The translations under genes were made by a program, and so were the position numbers. From the NCBI GenBank assembly GCA_000091205.1, contig AP006493.2: a stretch of DNA of 64,000 nt; one strand, given 5' to 3'. Below, in pieces: positions 34,125 to 43,456 of this stretch. Numbering within the stretch: position 1 is the stretch's first letter; the number at the start of each line of letters is the position of its first letter. The stretch comes from Cyanidioschyzon merolae (lineage: Eukaryota). The notes beneath the pieces are model-generated. The model saw only the letters and a program-made list of their open reading frames with translations. It had not been told where the DNA came from and searched no databases.

Positions 34125-34754
34125 TCAAAGCTCCCGCTCTGCGTCTTGTCGCATCATGTCTAGCGAAATTTCCAGGTTCCGAAGGAGATCCTCTCTTCGC
34201 ATACCAAACTGCGCAAGCCATGCATCCAACTGCTTCAGGTAAAGCTGTGCCTGAAAGTCAGTACTGAGTTCAAAACGTTTCAGAAATACTTTCCAGCGAT
34301 CGAAGACGGACTCCATCTGCGCGATATACGCCAGCTTCCCTTCCCGGTCAAAAAGCTTATATTTCTGTCCAAGCCGCAGTAGCTCTGCGTGGTCACGCAT
34401 GAGCCGGTTGCCTTCTTCGAGCACCACGGGTGAGCCGAAAATCCCGTCTCCACCGGGGCCCGCGCTGCGCCCACTCGCGAACGCATCGCCGCCTCTACCC
34501 AAAAAACCTCCGTCCGAGTCGTTACCGGAACCGTCATCGTCACGCTTACCACGCGAGCGCGGCGACCGGTACTGCCCACGAACGTGTGATAAAGCGGCCG
34601 GCAGGCGGTGCGAATTCTTACTTCGATGCCAGCAGTGGCGGCGGTGCCTGCGCAGCCAAGTCGTTGCTCCAGTACTCTCAGGTGCCACAGCAGCCCGAAC
34701 TGACGAGTTGGAAACAGGAAAAATCGACCAAGCCAGAGTCTCAGCCATAAGCAC
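34125..34754 (-). CDS. hypothetical protein (Gly/Asp-rich linker then a helical, conserved-looking C-terminal domain)
   Basis: 209-aa ORF. The C-terminal part 'LMRDHAELLRLGQKYKLFDREGKLAYIAQMESVFDRWKVFLKRFELSTDFQAQLYLKQLDAWLAQFGM' has non-repetitive, protein-like composition. No family recognised. Confidence 0.2.
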   Translation of the reverse strand: MLMAETLAWSIFPVSNSSVRAAVAPESTGATTWLRRHRRHCWHRSKNSHRLPAALSHVRGQYRSPRSRGKRDDDGSGNDSDGGFLGRGGDAFASGRSAGPGGDGIFGSPVVLEEGNRLMRDHAELLRLGQKYKLFDREGKLAYIAQMESVFDRWKVFLKRFELSTDFQAQLYLKQLDAWLAQFGMRREDLLRNLEISLDMMRQDAEREL

Positions 34755-35029
34755 TAGCCTGATACAATGCCTGACAAAAGCACACGGTGGCTACACTCCA
34801 AGTCGACAACGGTGAACGGACGGAGAACTCCGTCTCCAGCGTTCAGATGCATGATCCATGCACGATCCGACGACGGCGCTGACGGGATTGTGCGCTCGGC
34901 GTATCGCGCTGTACGGCGGCTGCGGAAGCGTCGCGCGCCTGACGCCGCCGCCAGCGCGATACGCCGATTGTTTTTCATTACGAGATGTTTACTTAGGCCA
35001 GCGTTCTCCGATTGAGCGCATTGTTCTTT

Positions 35030-38000
35030 TCTTACTTTTTTGTGTTATTTTTTCAGTGCGCGATAAGGCATCTATAAAACCCCCTCCCTCCAAGTTACAT
35101 ACCCTTTACTGATTCCAGGATATTCTGGTCGTTTCATACGTCCTATCGAGTGTGCCTAGTACCTGCAGTTCCGTATTCGCCTTTGCACCGTACATGCTAG
35201 AGCAGATAGTTCATCGAGCTAGAACGGCGTTGCAGTGCCACACAGAGGACGTCGGCTCGAGGTGTGCTTCACCCGGCGTAGAATCGGGTCTCATTGTCTG
35301 TCTGTGCTCGGACAGTCTGCGGATGCAGGCTTGCCTTCGCTGCCCGACACGCTGGAGAAACTTGGTTGTTAGGATAAATCCTGGGAGCCGCCTCTCTCCT
35401 TCGTGATCTTGCATGGAATGCGTTGTTGTCGGTCGGCAATGCGGGTTTGTGCTTGACACCCACCATAGTGGGTAGGCGCAGAGAGCGCACTGAGCCCGTG
35501 TGCGCATCCGATTCGTTGGACCTTACGCCTAGAAGGTAGCATGTGAGTTTGTTCGCCACTAATGAGCGCTGAGGCTCGGTTAGCGGACCACCAGTTGCCA
35601 GTGCTACACTCAGAGTGAGTGTCCGGCCTTGGACTATCACGGTGATGCCAAGCTGCTGCTGTCCTTCAAGGAGCTCGCTGCGCGGCTGTTTCCAGCGCGG
35701 GCACTGTAAGCCTAAATATGTCAGCGTCTCGGGGGTCTCGTCTCCACAGCAGGGACAGTGTGATTCCCAGTGCGATTCCAGTGTTCCTATACGGCTTAGA
35801 GCCGGTGATGGTCGCCAGAAGCCACCAACGCGGATTTTCGCGAGCCACTGGGTACCTCGAGCAAGTCCCGGGAACTCCAGCGCCTCCCACCAGTACTTGC
35901 GTGTGTATGCTAGGTTGTAGTTCCGATATAGAGTCAAGCTGGCGTTACGGGCCCGACTGGTTCCGTGTCTACGTTCCCATATTGTTGTTTGGACGGTTCG
36001 CTTGAGGCGGCGGGAGCCTTGTACATTCCTGGGGAACGACTGGAGCGTGTTGTCTCCTAAGAGGCGCTTCAGCCAAATCTGCGTCGATTTCATCCAAGTG
36101 TTCTTGCGGCGCGTTGGGGTCTGCATGAAACTCCGACTCAAAGAGGTGCGCATGGTGGGCCCTTTTGGCCCACACACGTGCCTGGCAGCCTGCTGCTATC
36201 GCCTCTATCGAGGGTATTTCGAGTTCAAGTCCGAGTGCCAGGCAGGTTGGTCGCTCTGCTTTGCATTGAGCATCCAACAACAACGAGTCGCATTGCCCTG
36301 TTGGCGGCTGTCTGCAGACGTGAGGCGTTTGTGTGCTTCATGCCGCACCATTCAGCACCACAGGTCGCAGGCTGGATGATACACATCCTTGGTGCGCTGG
36401 TACGGATTGCTAAGCGGATAGAGGGGTCGGATAGGACTGGGCGTGCGATCGCTGTACGTCTGTGCATCTTGGCGATCATCTCGTCGATGTGTGCCTTTTC
36501 GTCGAGCGTCGGCGTGCGACAGACCCTCCAGGTAGCGATATTTTTCCACGATCGGAACTTCCTGATTCTGCAACCGCGACGAGCGATTGCGAATGCTCTG
36601 CGAGTCTCCATGGATGACCGCGACGCCGCACTTCGATGCTGCAATGCTCATCTCCCAGCAATCGGCCCAGGCGCTGACTTGTTCCATGCTAGCCGCAAGC
36701 GTTTCCGGGGCGGGTGCCAACAGCACGACATCGTCCGCAACTAGACGGCCTGCGAGGCGGTTTCTATGTGAGGGCTCCTCATCGGGCATCTCCACAGTTT
36801 ATCCGCGGCACCTCAAGCCCGTATTGTCTGCAGTTGTTCAGCAGATCGTTGATGAAGATGTTGAAAAGGAGCGAGGATGCGCGGTCGCCCTGTCGCAGTC
36901 CACGGCGCATTCTTATCGAAGGGGTTCTTGAGCCGTCGCCCAGTCGGATGCGCATCCATGAGTCTGCATAGAGCGCACGGAAGAACGCCAAGCACTTTTC
37001 GGAGACTCCGCCGCGTTCCATCTTGAGAAATGGAGCCTCGTGCGGGACCGTATCAAAGGCCTTTTGAAAGTCGATGAAGCATACGTAAGTTGGTTGTTGG
37101 CCGCTAATGGAGCGACGTTGCACCACTTCAGTTAGGGTCAGGGCATGGCTCATGCACTCCTCGCGGCTCCGGAATCCATCCTGTTCTGGGGCGAAGAACT
37201 TGCGTTCCTCGAGGCCCCTCTGGATCCAGTTCGTGAGGCTGGCGCAAAGTAGCTTCATGATTGACGGGATGAGGCGCATAGTCCGGTAGTTGCTCACGTC
37301 TGTGTCTGTGGGTTTGGGAGTCCTTTTTTAGGATCGGTACGACCTCGACAGTCCTCGGTACATCCGGGATGTACGCCTCTTCGAACATGCGTTGGATGAG
37401 CTCCAGAAGGCGTTTGCTTAAGATTGTGTCAGGTTCATCTGGTATCGATATTGTCCCTGTTGTCCCGTCTTTTGGGGTCGCCAGTCTCATCCACTCCGCA
37501 GGGATACCGTCGATGCCAGGTGTTTTGCGGTTGCTTGAGCATAGCAGGGTCCGAACAGATTCAGGCCAGAAGATTGGGTCGTTCCATTCCGGTACCGGTT
37601 CGAGGCGCCGTAGTTCCGCAGCATATTGGTGCCGATAGATTCGGTTTTGGCAGTGCCCAGTTGCGTCTTCATGCAGCTCTGGCCCGTGGTCCGTCCAGGC
37701 CTCATTCACTGAGGCACGCTCCGTCCTCAGCGCTTCCTCATAAACGATTGGTGTGAGTCCCAGGCACTTTTTTGGTGGGTCAAGTCTCGATCGAATATAG
37801 CGCCATGTCTCATCTTCGTTGGTGCTCTCTAGCATAGATTTCGCCAGGGAGGCGATTCTGCGGTTTCGATCCTCTCGTTTGTCTTCTCTGGAAAGTTTCT
37901 TCTTTCTTTTGATAGCTTCTTCATGTTGCGCCTGTGGCGCCGGTAGCGCTGCCTTCGCTTCCATGTCTCCGGCGTTTGCGCGTATGGCGGTGCGGTTGAC

Positions 38001-38150
38001 GATCTTGTTAAGTCGGTGGCATTCATCAATTCGAGTTTTGGTACGTCGTTTCAGGTACTGAGGTTTGCAACTGTTGTGTTCTGGTGCAAGCAGTCCCAGC
38101 TCTCCGGCAATCTTCTGATTCCCATCTACAAAATTGCTTCCCAATGGGTT
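35030..38150 (-). mobile_element. non-LTR retrotransposon (LINE), 5'-truncated, no endonuclease domain seen, ORF2 broken by frameshifts; A-rich 3' end on the minus strand at about 35030-35060
   Basis: Minus-strand ORFs in order: 37128..38144 ('KTPGIDGIPAEWMRL', RT domain 0/1), 36779..37297 ('FIDFQKAFDTVPH', 'GLRQGDRASSLLFNIFINDL', RT 2-4), 36352..36795 ('LVADDVVLL', RT 5 / xADD box), 35269..36177 (C-terminal 'HCPCCGDETPETLTYLGLQCPRW', a CCHC-like motif typical of L1/CR1-type ORF2 tails). The plus strand at 35021-35060 is T-rich, i.e. a poly(A)-like tail on the element strand. Confidence 0.7.
36352..38144 (-). pseudogene. LINE reverse-transcriptase coding region, split into three overlapping frames
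   Basis: See the mobile-element entry. RT motifs 0-5 are distributed over ORFs 37128..38144, 36779..37297 and 36352..36795 in different frames. Confidence 0.6.
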
Positions 38151-39495
38151 TAAAGATTTGTATGCACGGCTTTTCGGATCTACAGCGCTGTGAGTAGGTG
38201 ACTGGGTTTGGTGGCAGCTTTCTTGAGTTCCCGCTGGGGGTGCCCTTTCGGGGGATGACTTGTGATGGGCTCGTTTGGGAGTTCTTCTTTCTATTCTTCT
38301 GTTATTTTTTCTTCTTCTTCTTCGGGCTCTTTCCTGAGCTACTTTCTCTGGTTACTCTTCTGGCATGTGGATCATGATGCCATTGTGTCTTTTCTTCTGT
38401 ATCCCGTTGGGCCTTTTTCGCTAATATAGATTCCTCGACTTGTATCAGTTTTTCATTACTGTACTGGTAATTCGATATCTCGTCGTCTAGTATCGAGGCT
38501 ATCCCACAAATATTCCATGATGCGAAACCTATCGAGTCGTAGCGCGTAAGGGAATAAGAATAGCGCTGCGGTACTCCAGAGATACGTTGTCGATTTAGAT
38601 GCACCCTCCACGGGGTGTGTGAACGCACATGCCACCAGCGCCTCCTGCATTCCAGTCGTTCACTGAGTGTCTGCTGCAGCGCTAGCGTAGAATCAGATGT
38701 ACATTAGTCAAGGTCGATTCAAATGCGACCTTTATCTTGCCGGACGTGTGAAGCTACCCGCAACCACAGGGGATACTCTATGAACCACCCTTTCAGCGGC
38801 TTCGTATCCGCTCCCCAAATACACAGGCGGGCAAGTCGCTTACTCCACTTTCGACAGCGAACATGCTGCCAGCCGTCTTCAAAAGTAGCCGCCGAAATTG
38901 TTTCCAAAGTTGAGGTAGCTACCCAAGGTAGGAGGTAAAACTGAGCCCGAGTTCGAGGATGGATCCAGGATTTGCGCCCGAACCTGCAGCGTTGTTTCGG
39001 GAGTGGCGGATGACTACCCAGAACTCTCGTCATCATTCTCTGCTGCTATTGCCGCCGCCATCCGTTCGATGCGGTCAAGGTCCCTGGAGAGGGCTTCCTT
39101 CCTCGTCGCCCGAGCACCCCGCGTTAACCCACTTTCAGAGTTTCTCCGCAAAAACCGGACTTCTTAGGCGCGCATACTGTATGGGGCTTTTAAGATAGTT
39201 GTTCTTTAATAAATAATTTGTTACTAGTTTGCATCACGCTCGGTGAGCGCACCTCGGAGATCCGGCAGGCATGAGACGCTACGCGTATGTCGCCGTTGAA
39301 GGGGAACGCGATCCTGATCTCTAGTATGTAGATCTAATGTAAAAGTTGTATTTTCGTTAACTTCATAGCCAAGTACAGTTTTTCAGTTCGTTTTTGTTTC
39401 AAACTTCATACAAGTCTAGTCAAGTGTTTTTTTGCAGTATATAACAGAAGCGTTCACAGAGCGTTGTTTTCCAAAAAAACTAAAAAAGGAAAGTT

Positions 39496-41570
39496 ATGAA
39501 AACGCAAGTCGACGATCCTGGAGGCCCAGGGTCGCCGGCTGCCAGAAAAAAACAAAAAACAGTACCGAGTCCAGAAGAAAAGAAAGAGAAGAAGAACCGA
39601 AACGGGGACCCAACGTCGAAGGCGACAAGAAAGACGACTTTACGACGAGATGGTGGTGAAAACCTTTCTTCTTGGACATATCAAGGATCCGTACAGGGAA
39701 AAGTTGCGAGACGTTATCGAAATACGTGTCGACTCGTACTCCAAGAGTATTGTCAAGGCGTCGTCAGGACTGATGCATTTGGCGAGGGAGATGTATCGCG
39801 ACGTGACGGACATGGAAACGGTCGAGATTCCAGGCGAGTTCTTCGACAAGGCCTTTATTCGTCACGTGATGCATGGCACAGAGGAAGCGCGGAAGGAAAA
39901 ATGAGCTAGTGCATGCCCACCACGAAAACTTCGCGGAATTCTGCTTCGAGAGTAATCGATACAGCGGTGACGGAAATATTTACACATACGGGGTAATGAA
40001 GTACATTACGAACCTGAAGAACCATTTGACAGAGAACCTCGAACGTTTTATGATACGCGCCGTAGTTGCACTCTACCCGGGCCTCTCTCGCAACGGAAAA
40101 TGGGCGATTATCAATGGCATCAAGAACGATCGATAGTATGAAGATGAGGTCGAATTCGTCGACAAGAAGGCGTCACGCAGGAGCACGAATGAGGATTCCG
40201 TCATCCGCGCGGTTATACAAGAGCACCGTGCGGTACTGGGGTTGGCAAATCCAACAGACAAGATATCAGAGTTGAAAAAAGATAAGGAAAAATACTATCG
40301 CCTCGTCCTGCGCTATTTCGTGTTTCTGGATCGAGAGCTCGAACGCAAGGCGGAAATGAAGCTGAATGTAGAGACAAATGAAGAGTGGGAGAGACGGAAG
40401 GCTTTCCTAATGAGTAAGTGCCTCAGCGTCGTTCCGTTATGCAATATCCAGTCACATTTCGTGATTATCGACTCCACAGTCCTTCATGGCATAATGAGGG
40501 ACATCAGTCCGGTGTTCAATGTTAGCAGGGAGGACTTCACCGGCGAAAATCGGGAGACGTACTAGATGAGTATCTTCGATTTCAAACGTATCAAAGTCAG
40601 CAGGCAAAAGTTGTTCACTAGGATGATCGAAACCGATGGAGTAGCCATGTGTGTACACGATCGGCGGTTGAAGAAAGATCGTCCAGTTCCGCCCTCGGCT
40701 GCGCCCATCACGAAGGATGAAGAAAAGGAACAGGCGGATCCTGTGACGCAGGAGGTGCAGGACAACGACTTTGTTGTTTGCGCGGACCCTGGGAATACGA
40801 ATATCATAACCATTGCAGCACCGAAGCGTGCAGAAGATGGTACTGACGGCAACTTGCGTCAGAAAGACATGCGTCTTTTGAGGTTCTCGAGAGCGAGATA
40901 CTATCGAGAATCCGGTATAATGAATGCGAGGAAGAGAATTGCTGCATGGAATTCAGGAATGAAGGATCACCTGGAAGCTTTGAGCGAGGTGACGAGCCGA
41001 GGAGCGGACTTTGAAGCTTTTCGGAAATTCATGGAAGTTCGCATTGCGCATTGGGATGCGCTATGGGAGGAGTATACCAAGCCCCGGTGGGCTCGTTTGC
41101 GAATGAATCTATACGGTGGGAAGCAGCGGGCGTTCGCGAATTTTTTCAATGAGTTGAGTGCCCTCAAGGAGGATGAAAGTCAGAGGCCCGTAGTAGCATA
41201 CGGAGCAGGGCGCTGGAAGACCCAAAAAGGGACTACTCCAGCTCCAAAGACGAGGGTGTACAAGGAGTGTGCACGGCGTTTTGTTACATTACCTGTAGAT
41301 GAGTTCCGAACGTCCCATACACACCACGAGCTGGATTGTACACTTCAGAGGGTCGAAATGGAAAAGTGCCAGAGGAGCACTGAGGAAATACCAAAGTACG
41401 GTGCGCTGACGGAGGAGCAAATGTAAAGGAGGGCGAAAGTTCGTGGACTACTCGCACTGGTGAGTACAACTCCCAACGGCACGAAACGTATGGAGTTTGT
41501 GCATCGTGACTTACATGCCGCTATCAATATCAGGAAATGTGCGGTGCTGGAGAAAAGACCTCCAGAGTAG
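39496..41570 (+). pseudogene. Fanzor-type (eukaryotic TnpB-like) RuvC nuclease gene, most complete copy; reading frame interrupted by 2 frameshifts and 3 in-frame stops (or unrecognised introns)
   Basis: 39496.. 'MKTQVDDPGGPGSPAARKKQKTVPSPEEKKEKKNRNG' (NLS-like). From 39650 the frame changes twice. The final frame then carries '[18 protein letters not shown]' (RuvC-I, GxDxG-like), 'QRPVVAYGAGRWKTQKG' (RuvC-II region), 'VDEFRTSHTHHELDC...EKCQR' (degenerate Zn finger) and 'MEFVHRDLHAAINIRKCAVL' (RuvC-III). In-frame stops lie at TAG 40134-40136, TAG 40563-40565 and TAA 41424-41426. The last is supported by the ORF track (40242..40565 and 40566..41426 are contiguous, same frame). Confidence 0.65.
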
Positions 41571-41781
41571 ACACGAGAGAGTTTTGTGGGACACCCTCTC
41601 AAAGTGGAACTATATGAGAAGAAGTTGAAACCAGTAGTAGGTGGCCGGTCCAAAACGACGGGGAGGCCTCTGCACGTCAATTGGAGACTTCTTGTCCAGG
41701 GCGCGGTTGCTGCCACTACTGGACACCGCTGGCGTCGTTCGACTTTCGATCGGTGCGCAATCGCGGCAGCGTCTCGACAGT

Positions 41782-41795
41782 CGCGATGCATCGCG
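41782..41795. repeat. 14-bp perfect palindrome (cgcgatgcatcgcg) within GC-rich structured tail downstream of the Fanzor ORF
   Basis: Self-complementary when read directly. Embedded in 'cgcaatcgcggcagcgtctcgacagtcgcgatgcatcgcgtgctttcgattcgagg'. Confidence 0.8.
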
Positions 41796-41925
41796 TGCTT
41801 TCGATTCGAGGATGCCCGGTACCTGACCGGAGAGCACCATAGCAAAACGTTTCGACTGTTTATTCACCTTCCAGGCGTCTGGGTTTGTTCGTGTTTGCGA
41901 TAAATCTAGTGCGAAAAAAATAAAC

Positions 41926-42729
41926 ATGTCACCACAGGATACTTGCTGTCCGCCTGATAGCTGGCCCGCGCTCAAGGTCGACTACAAACCAAAGGGTAAG
42001 CTAGAGGATATCGGGAAAGGCCTGAAGGCGTACGTCGTTGGCAACGGGCCGCGAGCGGTTATCGCACTGAACGATGTATTCGGGATTGAAAGTGGACATT
42101 CAAAGGAAATTTGTGATGCAATTGCGGACAAGGGTTTCACTGTGGTCTTCCCGGACGTATTTCGGGGGAAACCGCTGCAAGTCAGCGATATGAGCAAGCT
42201 ATTCGACGAGCTCCCTGGCTGGGCGAAGCAGTTCGACTACGAGCCGGCTTTGCGTAAGGATGTGGTCGAGGTTATCTTGCCTTATCTCCACGATAAGCTT
42301 GGGTTCAAGAGCAACGACCAGATCGCGCTCGCAGGGTTTTGCTGGGGCGCGTTCATGTTATTCCACCTGGCAGGCGATACGAAGCTTCCCGGTGGGCCGT
42401 TTGCCTGCGGTGTCTCGTTCCATCCCAGTGTCCAGATTGAGGGCGTCTTTCAGCGGGATCCGCTGCAATTGATCGATCGGGCAACTTGCCCGCAGCTTCT
42501 GCTTCCCTCTGCAGGCGAGCCAGATTATATGAAGGAGGAAGGGGACGCGATCAAGAAGCTTCGAGCGAAGCCTTTCGGAGCTAGCTGCGGGGTGAAGACT
42601 TTCCCGAGCATGCAGCACGGCTGGGTGAACCGTGGAGACCGGAATGATCCGCAGGTTGTGAAGGAGGCTCAGGAAGCCCTTCAACTTGCAGTTGATTTCA
42701 TGATGCGACACACGAAGCCGAAAGCATGA
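41926..42729 (+). CDS. dienelactone hydrolase family protein (carboxymethylenebutenolidase-like alpha/beta hydrolase)
   Basis: 'AVIALNDVFGIESGHSKEICDAIADKGFTVVFPDVFRG' and nucleophile elbow 'LAGFCWGAFM' (G-x-C-x-G, DLH-type Cys nucleophile), with a downstream His in 'MQHGW'. 267 aa. Confidence 0.65.
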   Translation: MSPQDTCCPPDSWPALKVDYKPKGKLEDIGKGLKAYVVGNGPRAVIALNDVFGIESGHSKEICDAIADKGFTVVFPDVFRGKPLQVSDMSKLFDELPGWAKQFDYEPALRKDVVEVILPYLHDKLGFKSNDQIALAGFCWGAFMLFHLAGDTKLPGGPFACGVSFHPSVQIEGVFQRDPLQLIDRATCPQLLLPSAGEPDYMKEEGDAIKKLRAKPFGASCGVKTFPSMQHGWVNRGDRNDPQVVKEAQEALQLAVDFMMRHTKPKA

Positions 42730-43456
42730 GCTAGAAACACACGACGTATGAGCGGCTTCGTCGTGGGCCAACTGCATGAGCTGGATGACGACTTTGCAGA
42801 TGCAAATTGAGTCTCTCTCTCTATAGGACCTGTATTTGCCACGGTGTAAAGGACAGTTGCATGAAATCTCGAGTCGCACCGATAAGCACATCGCAAATCC
42901 ATTCGGTTTCTTGGGATGTAGCGTTGTTCAGACGGTCCAGGGAGCCTCGGAAGCGCGACGGAACTCGCTATCCTGGCGAGCATCCATCATGCCGCATCGG
43001 ATTCTCCGAGTTCCACGAGGCCCAGCCCAGACTTCCCTTCGGAGATAATGGTCCGTTCATGCGATTCACAGGCTGCAGAGCCTGTCGTGAGCGCCCGAAA
43101 CGACGCCCGTTGCGTCAATATGATCGTTGTACGGATAGAGAGTGACTTTGCCGTACCCTGGTGGGCGTCGGCTCGATGAATCCACCTGTTGCGGATGCAC
43201 TGTCGATCGATAGGCACTTGGCCAGTCATTCGATCTGGAGCGTCCCGTAGGCGTTGCATACAGGCTTCGTACTCGCGTGCAGTGCACTTGATCCGCAACC
43301 GTCTCCATCCGAGTGCAGGGGCCTGCACATGTGGTCTGGTACCGAATTGCAGAGCGCCTTCAAGAACGCATATTATAAAAGGCGCTGGTAGAGGCGCAGG
43401 CTCTTCGCTTTCTGCGATAAAACATAAGCACTCTACTGGTCTACTAGAGACAGCGT

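Larger units (their letters stand above)
39180..41925 (+). mobile_element. putative Fanzor-carrying element: AT-rich 5' flank, nuclease gene, 355-bp non-coding 3' tail (candidate omegaRNA / right-end region)
   Basis: Base composition from about 38.2 to 41.6 kb is visibly lower in GC than the flanking genes. The 3' tail 41571..41925 contains the perfect palindrome cgcgatgcatcgcg (41782-41795) and ends immediately at the next gene's ATG. Element ends (TIR/TSD) were not identified. Confidence 0.35.

Noticed and set aside
40134-40565. Possibility that TAG is reassigned to an amino acid (both early in-frame stops in the Fanzor gene are TAG)
   Set aside because: The conserved AspRS gene terminates with TAG (22676-22678 on the minus strand) at the expected C-terminus, and the third interruption is TAA. 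A standard code with a damaged gene is simpler.
41345-41845. 166-aa minus-strand ORF, and similar antisense ORFs at 50166..50381, 27457..27699, 17276..17578
   Set aside because: Each is the antisense of a TnpB-like RuvC-III region. The recurring 'STAH.LIL.A.KSRFTN' peptide is explained by nucleotide conservation of the sense-strand nuclease motif, not by a second gene.
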